Under the pieces are notes generated by a model, which was not told the DNA's origin, searched no databases, and saw nothing but the letters and a program-made list of their open reading frames with translations. A program made the translations under genes and the position numbers. Positions 52,094-63,474 of a DNA stretch of 64,000 nucleotides are shown here, piece after piece. The DNA lies in contig NW_005434664.1 in the NCBI RefSeq assembly GCF_000315625.1, positions 969,424 through 1,033,423 on the forward strand. The letters are read 5' to 3'. Source of the DNA: Guillardia theta CCMP2712. Lineage: Eukaryota > Protista > Cryptophyta. How positions within the stretch are numbered: the stretch's first letter is position 1; the number at the start of each line of letters is the position of its first letter.

Positions 52094-54892
52094 TTAACAG
52101 AAACGTGTTGCCAACCCTAAAAGAAACTTGATGCCAACCCCTTGAATCTCAGCATTATCCAGGTACTTGTCCATAGCCGAACAAACACAAGTTCTTGCTC
52201 CAAGTTTCAGCAACCGGACCTGCTTCACGTATCACTCAAAAGCAACAAAACGGGCTCGACCAACCTTGTTATCGTCTATGTTTGCCATTTGAAACAGCGT
52301 CCTGCACGCCTCCTCCTGTACGGTCTCGCTCGTAGGATGCCTTTTCATGGCCCCCATGATAGCCTCCATGCCCCCTAGCTCCCCCAGCTTGATCGCGTTG
52401 TCGGGGTCAGCTGCCAGGTTCGAGAATGCCCAGCACGCCTCCTCCTGTATAGCCTGGCTCGTAGGATGCGTTTTCATTGCCCCAATGATAGCCTCCATGC
52501 CCCCTAGCTCCCCCAGCTTGATCGCGTTGTCGTCATTTACAGTCAGGTTTGCGAGTGCCCTGCACGCAAACTTCTGTATAGCTTCGCTCGTAGGATGCGT
52601 CTCCATCGCCCCCATGATGGACTCCATGCCCCCTAGCTCCCCCAGCTTGATCGCGTTGTCTGCGCTGGTAGCAAGGTTTGCGAGTGCCCTGCATGCCCCC
52701 TCCTGTATTGCCTCGCTCGATGAATGCGAATCCATCGCCCCCATGATAGCCTCCATGCCCCCTAGCTCCCCCAGCTTGATCACGTTGGAGCCAATTACAA
52801 CCATATTTCCAAGTGCCCCGCATGCAAACTTCTGTATAGCCTCGCTCGTAGGATGCGTCTCCATCGCCCCAATGATAGCCTCCATGCCCCCTAGCTCCCC
52901 CAGCTTGATCGCGTTGTCTGCGCTGGTAGCAAGGTTTGCGAGTGCCCTGCATGCCTCCTCCTGTATAGCCTGGCTCGATGACTGCGTTTTCATAGCCCCC
53001 ATGATAGACTCCATGCCCCCTAGCTCCCCCAGATCGATTGCGTTGGAGCCAACTACAGCCAGGCTTGCGAGTGCCCCGCACGCAAACTTCTGTATAGCCT
53101 CGCTCGTAGGATGTGTTTTCATCGCCCCCATGATAGCCTCCATGCCCCCTAGCTCCCCCAGCTTGATCACGTTGGAGCCAATTACAGCCAGGCTTGCGAG
53201 TGCCCTGCACGCAAACTTCTGTATTGCCTCGCTCGATGAATGCGAATCCATCGCCCCCATGATAGCCTCCAAGCCCCCTAGCTCCCCCAGCTTGATCGCG
53301 TTGTCTACGCTGGTAGCAAGGTTTGCGAGTGCCCTGCATGCCTCCTCCTGTATAGCCTGGCTCAATGGAAAGGTATCCATCGCCCACATGATAGACTCCA
53401 TGCCCCTTAGCTCTCCCAGATCGATTGCGTTGTCGTCAATTACAGTCAGGTTCGCAAGTGCCCTGCATGCCTCCTCCTGTATAGCCTCGCTGAACAGATG
53501 CGACTCCATCGCCCAAATGATAGCCTCCATGCCCTCTAGCAGTCCCAGCTTGATCGCGTTGTCTGCGCTGGTAGCAAGGTTTGCGAGCGCCCTGCACGCA
53601 AACTTCTGTATAGCCTCGCTCGATGAATGCGAATCCATCGCCCCCATGATGGACTCCATGCCCCCTAGCTCCCCCAGCTTGATCGCGTTGTCTGCGCTGG
53701 TAGCAAGGTTTGCGAGTGCCCTGCATGCCTCCTCCTGTATGGTCTCGCTCGTAGGATGTGTTTTCATAGCCCCCATGATAGCCTCCATGCCCCCTAGCTC
53801 CCCCAGCTTGATCGCGTTGTCTGCGCTGGTAGCAAGGTTTGCGAGTGCCCTGCATGCCTCCTCGTGTATAGCCTCGCTCGTAGGATGTGTTTTCATAGCC
53901 CCCATGATAGCCTCCATGCCCCCTAGCTCTCCCAGCTTGATCACGTTGTTGTCCTTGGCAGCCAGGGACATGATCATTGTGATTGTGTTCTTGACGTCGC
54001 TGATATCCTGTTTTCCTCCATCATCGTGAACTAGTGAAGATGGATAAGCCTTCAATTTCTTTGTTTTGGGTTCAGGTTCTTTGTCTGGTGGATTGTTGAC
54101 GACTTTCTGCCTTCGCCATGTGACCACATGGCTTGATACTCGAGCCAGCAGGTGACCCTTTGGACATGAAGGATGAGACATTGACTGGACATTGTCAAAT
54201 AGCGTATAGTTGTGGCCCATCCAGTAGTACAAGCTCCTCGAAAAGTCGATCGCGTCCTCGTCTGCCACAGCTGGCTCATGCCCAATCACGAAGTCCACAT
54301 GCTTGCAAAGCTCCTTCGCTACGATCCCCGAGAAACGTAAGTTCAGCACCACCAGCCGCAGCCTCGTGCATTTCTTCACCATCGCACTCAAAGAGGTGCT
54401 CAGTTGCTCAGCAGTGATGCTCTTGCCTCCTATGGCGATGTTGCCTTCCTTAGAGCCATGGCAGGCAAGATGCAGGATGACCGGATCAGTCTCATGGACT
54501 TCGCGGATGAGGTTGGAGATGTCCTTATACAAGCTGTACTGGAAGCTAACGCTCTCAGCAAACTCAATGAAGGCTGCGTCTCCCATCTCATGAGCTCCTT
54601 TGATAAACTCATTTCTGATCAAGTCTCTCTCCTGCTCAACCTTCGAGCCACTTCGCTCCTTGGCATCAGCGAAGAACAACACCTTGTGGGGAAAATCGCA
54701 GGAAAAGAGAGCCTCGTGTGGTCCCTCCTCTCTTGAGTTGGCCTGCTTGCGGTTGCAGCAGACGCATATCTTGCTCAACTCACTGCTCATGGCTTGCCTT
54801 GATCTCGCCTCCCTCATGGTCCTCGCGTACACGCTTTCCTCGCTTGCTTCCAGTGACTCTCCAGAGCCAGGTCGAGGTTCTCCCCTCGTCAC
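52094..54892 (-). CDS. CHAT-like (caspase/HetF clan) domain fused to 13 tandem armadillo repeats and a capping repeat
   Basis: KVLFFAD...PVILHLACHG...LVVLNLRFS...VIGH...VADEDAIDFSRSLY follows the CHAT pattern, followed by 43-aa ARM-like repeats. A GT-AG intron at 52220-52264 adds a divergent terminal repeat, VRLLKLGARTCVCSAMDKYLDNAEIQG...RFC*. First ATG at 54817; upstream exons are possible. Confidence 0.85.
52265..53950 (-). repeat. Coding minisatellite of 13 x 129-bp units
   Basis: The unit core gcctccatgccccctagctcccccagcttgatc recurs every 129 nt. Confidence 0.97.
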
Positions 54893-55918
54893 AGGCTTCT
54901 CTCGCGTTGTTACCGACTCACTTGTTCTCCCACTTGAGGTCGATCAGATGACTGAAAGATAGCCTCAGACCTGCAGCATAGATCAGCCCAGGGACCTCAG
55001 ACTGACCTCACTGATATGGGCTCTCTATTTCATCCTTCCTCTACCTTAGCCGCCACTTCTGGTCTCACAAAAGAGGATATAACGAGGAAAGATGACAGTA
55101 TGGAAGATGAGATGAGACAAGATAGAATGACTGACAAGGATGTCCTCAACGACGAACAGGATGAAGAAAACAGTAAACAGGAAGGAGAAAGTGAAACACT
55201 AATCGGAAGGGCATCGCGAGTCTGATGATCAGACAACAAAAAACATGACAGGAGGAGATTGAAAAGAGGAAAGAAAAGGAAAAGCAGGAAAGGAGAAGGC
55301 ATGGAAGACAGGAAAGGGAAAGGAAGACAGGAAAGGGAAAGGAAGACAAGAAGGGGGAAGATGCAAGAAGACAAGCCATTGAAGATTGATCATGAATGAG
55401 ACAGATGAATGAGACAGGGAGATCCACAGGGAAAATTGATGGCAACTCAACAGAAGTGTACAAGCAGGAAAGATGAAGAGTGCAGGGTAAAGAAGCTCTG
55501 GACAAGAACAATCAGCAGAAAGAAGGTCTAAATAGGCGAAAGAAGGGCTAAATAGGCGATGCTAAATAGTTGCAGAAACAAGAAAACAGATCAAACACGA
55601 AAGAAATCCAAAAGAAGAAGGACATCTAGAAAGAGAAGTAAAAATTGATACAAGCATTGTAGCGAGAAGAATAAGGGCGCACAGCGGGAAGCAATACATG
55701 TGTAGTAGTCGCAAAGGAGACAGATCGATTGATGAAGCGAAATATGAAATGAGAAACGAGAGACATCACAAAACAACAAGGAACGACTTTCGTGTCTGCA
55801 AGTTGGGAGGGGAAGGCCCAGGGACATGGCGTGAAATCCCTGCCAGCATGTCTTCAGGCCCTTGAAGCCTTGCTTTCTTTCCCGCCTTTTCGCCTCTTCC
55901 CGGCCGGTCACGTTCGGA

Positions 55919-56036
55919 CTTTACTCAAAGTTAAGTTAAAAATCAGTACGAGGACAATCAGGAGAGGGCTGTGAGACCGAGGAGGCTTGACCCGGACTAC
56001 TGCTCGTACTGATTTTTAACTTAACTTTGAGTAAAG
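55919..56036. mobile_element. Small element with perfect 34-bp inverted repeats (MITE-like or hairpin)
   Basis: 55919-55952 (ctttactcaaagttaagttaaaaatcagtacgag) is the exact reverse complement of 56003-56036, with a 50-nt spacer. ggact occurs at both junctions, overlapping the arm ends. Confidence 0.6.
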
Positions 56037-56039
56037 GAC

Positions 56040-56660
56040 TGCCCGTACCCCTTCACACCACCCCTACCCTCGATCTGGGGCCCGGCCGCGGCGCAGGCTG
56101 TGCGCTCGGCTGCCGGGCCGCGGTCGGGCCGGGCTGCTACCGTATCGGTACGGTACGGCGGTCACCCGGCGGCCCGGTCGGACCGACCGCCGGGTCCGAT
56201 CACCGTACGGGTGACGGTCCGGCGGGGCCCGGGCCAGCCGTCCGTGACGGCGTGGCACAGACTCGTGACCGTCCCGGATACGTCACGGCGTGGCACAGAA
56301 TTGCAGAATCGTCACGACGGTGGCCCTTGATGCCGGCGGCCGCCCCTCTGAGTCTGGCCGCGCGGCCCGGGGCCCCCGGAGTCACCGTCACTGGGCCAGT
56401 CACTGAGTTGAATGTAGTTACGGTTTAGCCTCAGGGGCGCGGCCTGTAAGTAGTAACGTGACTGCGACTCAGTGACTAGTACGGGGCCCGGGGGGCCGCG
56501 GCCGCGGCCGCCCGGCCCCCGGGCCGGCGGTCCCAGGCTCAGGCTTGCAGTGCCGCAGCCCGGCCCGCGGCGCTTCCGAGTTGAAGGTAGCCGCTGAGAA
56601 CTGAAACAAGCCTTGAAGTTTGGCACCCGGCGCCCGGCGCCGCCGCGGCGGGCTTTGACG
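56040..56660. promoter_or_regulatory. GC-rich island upstream of the CHAT-ARM gene
   Basis: Contains ggtacggtacgg, accgtacgg and gagtc/gactc; duplicated acggcgtggcacaga at about 56247 and 56285. Confidence 0.5.
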
Positions 56661-56745
56661 TGAGCAAGGCAAGTTTATGGGCCAAATCAGGAGACTCCGG
56701 GGCTGAGTACACTTTGGCTGGCAACAAGGGAAGGTACGACGGTAT

Positions 56746-58108
56746 TCAATGATCAGGCTGCTGAGAATCAGGTATCGAGTTTGACTTGTCCGTTTGTTGC
56801 CGAGACCATAGCGCGGCAATTTCACCCTTGGTTGTTATATACACACCAGGCGAACTCTTGAGCGAATAGAGGGCTTTCCAAAGCCGTTTTGTATTCGTTA
56901 CCTGCCATGCCAACAGCATCACTGGCATACCGTGCTTCAACAAGAGACACTTGACAAACAATCGCTCAAGTGCAGATAGCAAGATCACAATGGATACAGT
57001 CAACAAGCAACCAGACAACATGAGAGACTCTATAAGATCCACACGGCCGACATCACACGTCGGCAAACGTCCGACTCGTTCCTACCTTTCCGAACACACT
57101 GCAAGGCACCTCAATGCTGGTGAGCTTTCGTGGGCACAACCGATCACTCGCATGACTAGTAATGAGTTCCTCGAACAAGTTGCTAAATCCCAAGTTCATA
57201 TCCTCGACGTTGGAAGTGGAGTTCGGAACGACCAGGTGGGGAGCGAGCCAGGGGCTGTCACCATACCCGTTGGCATCGTAACCGACCTTGAATCGTTCAT
57301 GTACTAGTCTTCTGCTCCTGAGATCAAGTTTGCGCAGGTAGAGTCCCTTGGGTGTACAGCCGAGCAGCTTCTCATACGTTACCATGTCCCTCCCGCACTT
57401 GTCTATAATCCTTTCCAGGTCCCACAGGTGTAGGGCCTGACTGCAGTCTACGAGCATGCAAACTTCGAATCTCCCGCCCGTCAGCTCCCGAACAAGATCC
57501 GGACTCTCCTGCAGATCACTGCAGGAGACAACGACAGTTGCGGGGAGATTCAGCTGTTTGAAAGTGGCCAGCACTCTCCAGATCCCTGTGTGAATGAGAT
57601 TAGGACTAAGGGTTTCAAATACAACAGGCATGATACCGAATCTTCTATCATATTCACGGTCGTCTTCTGACCCATCAGAAAACAGCTCAATCATGAACAC
57701 AAATGGTCTCTCGATCGCTTCAGGCCACTCTAGGTTTGGTGGAGAGTAGTCGCTGCATTTGATATCCTTTTGGGGGGGTTGCTGCGACTTGCTGACGAAG
57801 GAAAAGAAAGGTCTCAAGATGGGAATGAGGCTCAGAAGCATGATAGCAAATGCTGTCAGGACAGCAGGAACAACATCATCCTCCAGGGATCTATTCAGCG
57901 GCGTCCCGTTTATGCCTTGCAGGAGCTGGGCCAAGTCTTCGTCTACCTGTGTGCTTGCTGGTCCTGCTGCCGGGTCTCCCTGCATTCTGAGAGCATCTTG
58001 GAGCGCGAAAGGATAGTTGGGGAGAGGAGGCTTCGATGGGCTTCGAAGAACGATCCAGGCAACCAGGGCAGCCGCCATGGACCCACATACCGTCACACTC
58101 CACTTCAT
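56746..58108 (-). CDS. Divergent PuuE/allantoinase-like carbohydrate esterase 4 (polysaccharide deacetylase fold) protein with N-terminal hydrophobic segments
   Basis: REYDRRF..GIWRVLATFKQLNLPATV, DANGYGDSPW...HLVVP and the final exon KSSPGVYITTKGEIAALW parallel PuuE-family blocks (YEYGSRxGxWR, DSYxDDLPYW, VWxxxRxxIAxHW). Confidence 0.65.
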
Positions 58109-58169
58109 CACGGCATGTAAAAACCACCGAGCTAGCTTGCTGGCCTCGGATCTCCTCTTGAGGGGGAAG

Positions 58170-58800
58170 GAACGCCCGGGTGGTCCGATCCGATCGGACC
58201 GTACGGTCACTGCCCCGGCCCGGGCCGGTCCCGGCCCGGGTCCGGCACAGCGGCACGGTCGAGTCAACGGTTCGGAGCGGCCTCAGTCCGCAGGTCTGGC
58301 TGGCACCGGTGACGTACCGTACCGGCGGCGGCCGCCCTCACCCCGGCGAGCCCGGCGGGCCCGGCCAGCCCGACCCGGTCGGACCGGCCCGGGCCTGCGG
58401 CGGGCCCGGCGGGGCCCGCCGGGCGGCGTTCCGAGTTCCGATGATTGAAGTCACAACTTAGTGAGTCACAGCGACGGTGGCCGGGGCCCGGGGGGGCGGC
58501 GGCCGGCCCGGGTTACGGTAGTACCGCCGCGCCAGCCCGGCTGTGACTGCCGTGAGTGAGCGTGCCGTACTGCAGTGCCGGGCCCGGCACGGGCCGCCTG
58601 GGCCCCCGCCCGGCGGATCAGATTGTGCCGCGTGACTCTTAGTGACTCCGAGTCAGCGTCCGCTGGCGGTGACCGGGCCCGTGAAGGCTCGCCGCGCCGC
58701 GGCTGGCCCGCCGGCCCGCCACCCGGCGGCGGGGCCCGCCGAACTTCGGCGGAACTTGCCAGAGGCTGAGCCTAACTCACCCAACTCCGAGTACGGTAGG
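58170..58800. promoter_or_regulatory. GC-rich island, likely bidirectional promoter between the PuuE-like and alpha-kinase genes
   Basis: Lies between divergent starts; contains gtgagtcac, gtgactc (twice) and accgtacggt. Confidence 0.6.
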
Positions 58801-58839
58801 GTCGTAGGTCCTCCCGGTAGAAGTAGCGCTGAGGCGACC

Positions 58840-60606
58840 ATGAGGATGGCCCCGCCGCATGCAGGGGAGGAAGGAGCCTCGGAGGGAAAGTGAAGGAGGA
58901 GGTTCTAGGAGGAAAGGTCGACCCACCGCTAAGAGCTGCTTCCTCTTGTCTTGCCGCAACCCAACTGAGTTGTCACGAGAGTCACGGCAACGTGAACTCA
59001 GGCTGATCCTGACTGAGCTCGGACAGTGTTGGGTGGAACAGCAGCCAGCGTAAGTAACAGGTGACAGGTGTGTCTGAGCTTGTGAAGAGAAGAGTGCGTC
59101 TCCTGCAGACTGTCTCTCTGGTCAAGTCTCTACTATTGAGTCCTACAAGGCTCTACAGATCGGACCCGATGCCGCTGAGGAACAGGTCAGAGCTGGCAAC
59201 CAAGTTCACCTACAACCCCCACAACGAGACGTGGCAGACCCACAAAGTGCGGGTGGTGGTGGATAAGAAGCCATTTGCTCAAGGCGGGATGAGAGTTTGC
59301 ATGAAGCTGTACGAACTTGAGGACAGCGGAGACTTTGTACCGTGTGTTGCAAAGGTGTTCAAGAAAGAGACGAACAGCAAGGAATACTTCGACGAGGCTC
59401 TCACGCAGATGGCAGCTGAGTGCTTTGCGCAAGAGTTCAACAAGCTCAAGACAAAGTGGAAAGTATCATTTCTGCCAGTGAATGTGATGATGCTCAACGA
59501 AAGAAACGGACAACTGTGCAACGTCGAGCCCCTTCTGCTCGGGGACTACGTGAAGCACAACGACAATGACGGGAACGTGGAGACGTCGGAGCAGCTCCCG
59601 CAGGCGTTCACGCACTTCACGTGGGAGGCATCGAGGCACATGCTCATCGTCTGCGACATCCAAGGCCTGGCAGATTGTTACACAGACCCGCAAATTCACA
59701 GCATCGACGGACAAAGTTTTGGAAGAGGCAACCTGGGCCAGGTATGGCATGCTGTCATGGGGATGTGTTTGATTCTGACTAAGAGTTGTGTTATCTTTGT
59801 TTGTGATTAAGAATCTTGCTGTGTTTGACACTGCTTCCTAGCATGGGATTCTCAAGTTCTTCAAGACCCACAAGTGCAACCGAATCTGCCAAGCTCTCAA
59901 ACTGCCTCCGACTGATCGAAAGATTGCAGACCGACAGGTGTGAAGGAAGACTTCCTGGCCTCTGCGCTGTCCGCTGTCCGCTGCCCTGACAAACCACCCT
60001 GCAGATCATGGATAGGTTTGAAGTCATCAAGAAAAAGATGGTCGCACATGTGAAAGAGGGTGGTTGAGTTGCTGAGGTCATTTCTCACAGCAAAACTTAC
60101 AAGAGCCCAAGTTTGACTCCGAGAAATTTGCTCGAGGAATGGCAGGAGCCATGGAGATGGTGCAGTGGCTTTGAAACGTCAGATGTCTATTGAGACTGCG
60201 TTTTTTCAGGTTGGCAGTGAGAGGCAGGGAAGATCGTCGAGGTATTCTAACATCTGTCCTGCCCACTATTTGCTGACCCGAGAACAGGAATGTTTCCCCG
60301 TTGAGAGATAGAAGCGAAGGAGTCGACAAGGTCTGTCTTCTGAGAAGCTTGTCAGCGCTGCTGACATGTGAACATCGTCAGGCTGGGATTGACGACAACG
60401 GGATTCGACCGTTCGATCGGACAAGCTCCGGTGCAGTCCCTTGCTGATACCTCATGCGAGTAGTAGTGATGAGGTTGCAGCGGGGCAGCTCAGTGCCGGC
60501 CAACGGAGTGAGATCGCTGCGGTGCAGTATCGCCTGCAGCAGCTGCAGATCATGTCTGCGAAAGGCGACAGGAGATGAAAATTTTTCCAAGATACATTTT
60601 GAGTGA
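58840..60606 (+). CDS. Alpha-kinase (eEF2K/MHCK family)
   Basis: Motifs KPFAQGGMRVC, VAKVF, QMAAECFAQEFNK, VEPLLLGDYVKHNDNDG, PQAFTHFTWE, VCDIQG..YTDPQIHS, FGRGNLG and FFKTHKCNRIC. Both ends are approximate. Confidence 0.92.
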
Positions 60607-60694
60607 AGGTGAATGTTGATAGAGACGAGGAGGTGGAGCTATATAAGGCAGGACTTTAAAGAAAGGAATGGTTAGTTGTCACTCGTTGCGAGCC

Positions 60695-61828
60695 TCACCC
60701 TCCTGCCGGTGCTTGATACAACATCTCTGTGCGCACGGCCCTTTTCCTCGGACCATCAGAACCATAGCTGCCCATGTTCTCCAGCTGCGCTCGCCAGAGG
60801 TCCCACTTGATGTCGTCATCCCCACTGCCGTCAAAGGGGTTTTCGAGCTCGACTTGCACGCGGTAGAGGGTGAGGACGATGAGGACGTAAAAGATGCCGA
60901 CGAAGTACCCGGACTCACACCCGTACTGCGACGGCATCTCCGAGTTGTTCTGCTTCTCGCAGAAGTGATTCCAATAAGGAGCGAGGAGGATAGGAGAGAT
61001 GTGAATCAGGGCAAAGCAGAAGAGTCGCAGACCGATGGGCGTCTCCGAGTCTCGCACGGCTCTCACACCCTCGAAGTGCGTCATCAGGTCCCGCAGGTAC
61101 ATCTGCATCCTCGACAGGCCTCCCTCCCCGGGCTTCGAGTATCCTGTGCGTGGGAGGAACTCCTTCATCTTTTGCGCCAGCGCCGAGAAGCCGTCGTAGA
61201 TGACATGCCCTGCCTCAGGGTTTCTCGTTGAGCTCTTGAGGTAGCACGTGATGTCGTCGAGCAGCTTCAACATCAGGTCCTCCACCTCGCCCACGAACTT
61301 TGCCTCCTCGTCTCTATCCCACGTCTTGAACATCAAGAACAGGGCAAACCTGTACAACACCTCAGCACAAACCTCCCATTCCTCGTCCACTCAAACACTG
61401 ACATGGTTCCCTTGAAGCTCCCTAAGCAACTCAATGCCCGCTCCCTCCTGGTGAAGCTCGCCTGCACACGATGTCAGTTGCCATCGCACACAACGGCGGC
61501 ACGGAGAGAGAAGAGGACAAGCTTATCATCATCAACGCATGCATACCTGCACGCAGAAGACCAGAGGGAAGACAGTGCCGACCGCGACAATGCTCATCGA
61601 GAAGTCAAAGGAGAAATCGAGCACGCCTGACAGCTTCAGTCAGGTCTGCACGAGGACTCAGTTGAGCTCTGACCTTTGGCACAGCAGAATGTTGCCAAGT
61701 TTGTGAGCGCCACCATGAATAAAGTATGCCACGTGCCTGGCTATAATCAGAAAACAGGACCTGTTTTGTAAATAGCATGTCTTACATGCAAACTTGATCC
61801 CTTCGTAAAATGTTCCGAGATATTCCAT
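60695..61828 (-). CDS. Bestrophin-family-like membrane protein
   Basis: TVFPLVFCVQ|ASFTRRERAL, TPIGLR followed by two TM helices, and ELENPFDGSGDDDI (bestrophin ExENPF..D.DD motif). Confidence 0.72.
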
Positions 61829-62299
61829 GAAGTATTTCCATGTCTTCTTGTTTTCTTCCTCAACAAGAGTACTTCTGCTCGTGTTCTGCCCCAAATCGTC
61901 CTGCCTTGTCATCGTTCGTTGTTGCTCTCAACTTCCACTACCCATTCCTTTGCAGCACCGCTTCCAACTTGCTGAAACAAATCTCACAATCAAAACTTTG
62001 TTACAAAACAACGTCAAAGATCATTTCACTTTCCCTCTCCTCTCTTCAACCTCAAGATACAAACTGATTCCTTCATCCCTCTACTTTGCTCGTAGAGATC
62101 ATGAGAGTCCCTTCCTTGTAGACTTTCAGACCTGCTGTATGCAGACAGCATCTGCTAGCATCGATCTTTGTAAATCTACTGATGTTTCTGATCTTTCATC
62201 TTCGTCTCCTCTTGCGCTCCTCCTTTCCCTTTCACGCATCGCCGTCTCCCTGAGTCCTCAAAATCTGTTGGAAACGGTCGTAACGACAGCCGAAAATAG

Positions 62300-62890
62300 C
62301 AAAGCGGGCTCCCGGCCGGGCACTCAGCGCCGGCGGCCGGGGCCGCGGGCCGCCCCGGCGCGGCTCAGTGCCGGGCCGGCGGGCCCAGCTGAGCTGAGCG
62401 CCCACCGTACTGTGCCACGTCCGAGTCACGCCACGGTCCGATGGGGGCCGGGCCCCGCGCTCAAGCCCCAGTCCTTGCCCCCCGTGATTCCCGGAGTCCC
62501 AGGCCATGCCCAGCCAGTGCCACCGACTGGCTCAGAGAAATGAGTCCCCGGCGGGAACGGGAGTCTCCGGGCCGCGGCCCGTAACTTACCAACCGTGAAC
62601 TGGCCGCGCAAGCCGCTGGCGGGCACTCGGCCCACTCGCGGCCCGGGCCTGGCCGCCCCCGGCCGAGCCTCGGAGGCTCCACCCGTCCGGCGCCGTACGG
62701 TCCGGGTGACGCCGCCGGGCCGCGGACTGACTCCCTCAGAGCCTCTGACCGTCCGGGCCGAACCGGTCACGGCGGGCGGTGCCCAGTGGCGGCGCCGCCG
62801 CCGGCCCGGGCCGGGCGGCCCGGTGACTCCCGGCCCCGGCGCCCGGGCCGGGCGAGTCAGCGGCGCCGGATGGCCCGGGCGAGTCCTAGT
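62300..62890. promoter_or_regulatory. GC-rich island, likely bidirectional promoter
   Basis: Lies between the divergent bestrophin-like gene and a small ORF; contains gagtc, gtgactc and ccgtacgg. Confidence 0.55.
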
Positions 62891-62949
62891 AAGTTTTTAA
62901 AATAACGTTTTAGCACGCCTTCTTGCCGCAGTTTGAAAAAGCGGTGGGG

Positions 62950-63240
62950 ATGGCGAGCAGCGATGAGCAGGAGATAGGAGGAGAGGCGAGTCGTTATGTG
63001 GACGGCGAAGATCTGTCGGAAGAAGATGTCCAGCTAGCTCAACAGAAGGTCCTCGACGCCTTGCAAGGGTTGAAAGATGCTGTGCAGCAGATGGACGACT
63101 CTGTCTGTTACCTCAACGCGGAGGCAGGGCTCTTGAAAGGCAAGATGAGGAAGCTAGAGACATCTTCAAACATGCTCTATGCACCATTCAGAGCAGCACT
63201 CTTTGAGTACGCTGCTGAATCTCGAGGAACCTGTGGATAA
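62950..63240 (+). CDS. Small acidic coiled-coil hypothetical protein (96 aa)
   Basis: ORF starts right after a GC island and shows a heptad pattern (VLDALQGLKDAVQQMDDSV...LKGKMRKLE). Confidence 0.6.
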   Translation: MASSDEQEIGGEASRYVDGEDLSEEDVQLAQQKVLDALQGLKDAVQQMDDSVCYLNAEAGLLKGKMRKLETSSNMLYAPFRAALFEYAAESRGTCG

Positions 63241-63474
63241 GATGAAGGATCGCTGAGTTTCATCATTCCAAATAACACACCAGATCGATGGGCTGATCTC
63301 TCGATTAATTAGAGTGAGTGCCATGCTAACCAACACAATGAGCAAATTGTGCGAGAGGTATCTGGAACGCGTTTGTTGTATTTTTCTAGATATTTCAGGT
63401 CTCCATTGAATACAATACGTATTTTCACCTTCAACTTCAAGTTTTGTTGATTCACAGTCATGGAACCATGCTCG

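Noticed and set aside
52265-53950. CRISPR-like periodicity
   Set aside because: The units are contiguous coding repeats with no unique spacers, there are no cas genes, and the context is eukaryotic.
52347-54029. 560-aa plus-strand ORF and alternative-frame minus-strand ORFs over the ARM array
   Set aside because: These are shadows of a tandem unit that happens to lack stops in other frames; they are confined almost entirely to the array.
56746-61828. Functional cluster of CHAT-ARM with the neighbouring alpha-kinase, PuuE-like and bestrophin genes
   Set aside because: Adjacency alone in a gene-dense eukaryote is weak evidence, and no shared sequence signal or obvious CHAT substrate (such as a gasdermin-like gene) was recognised.
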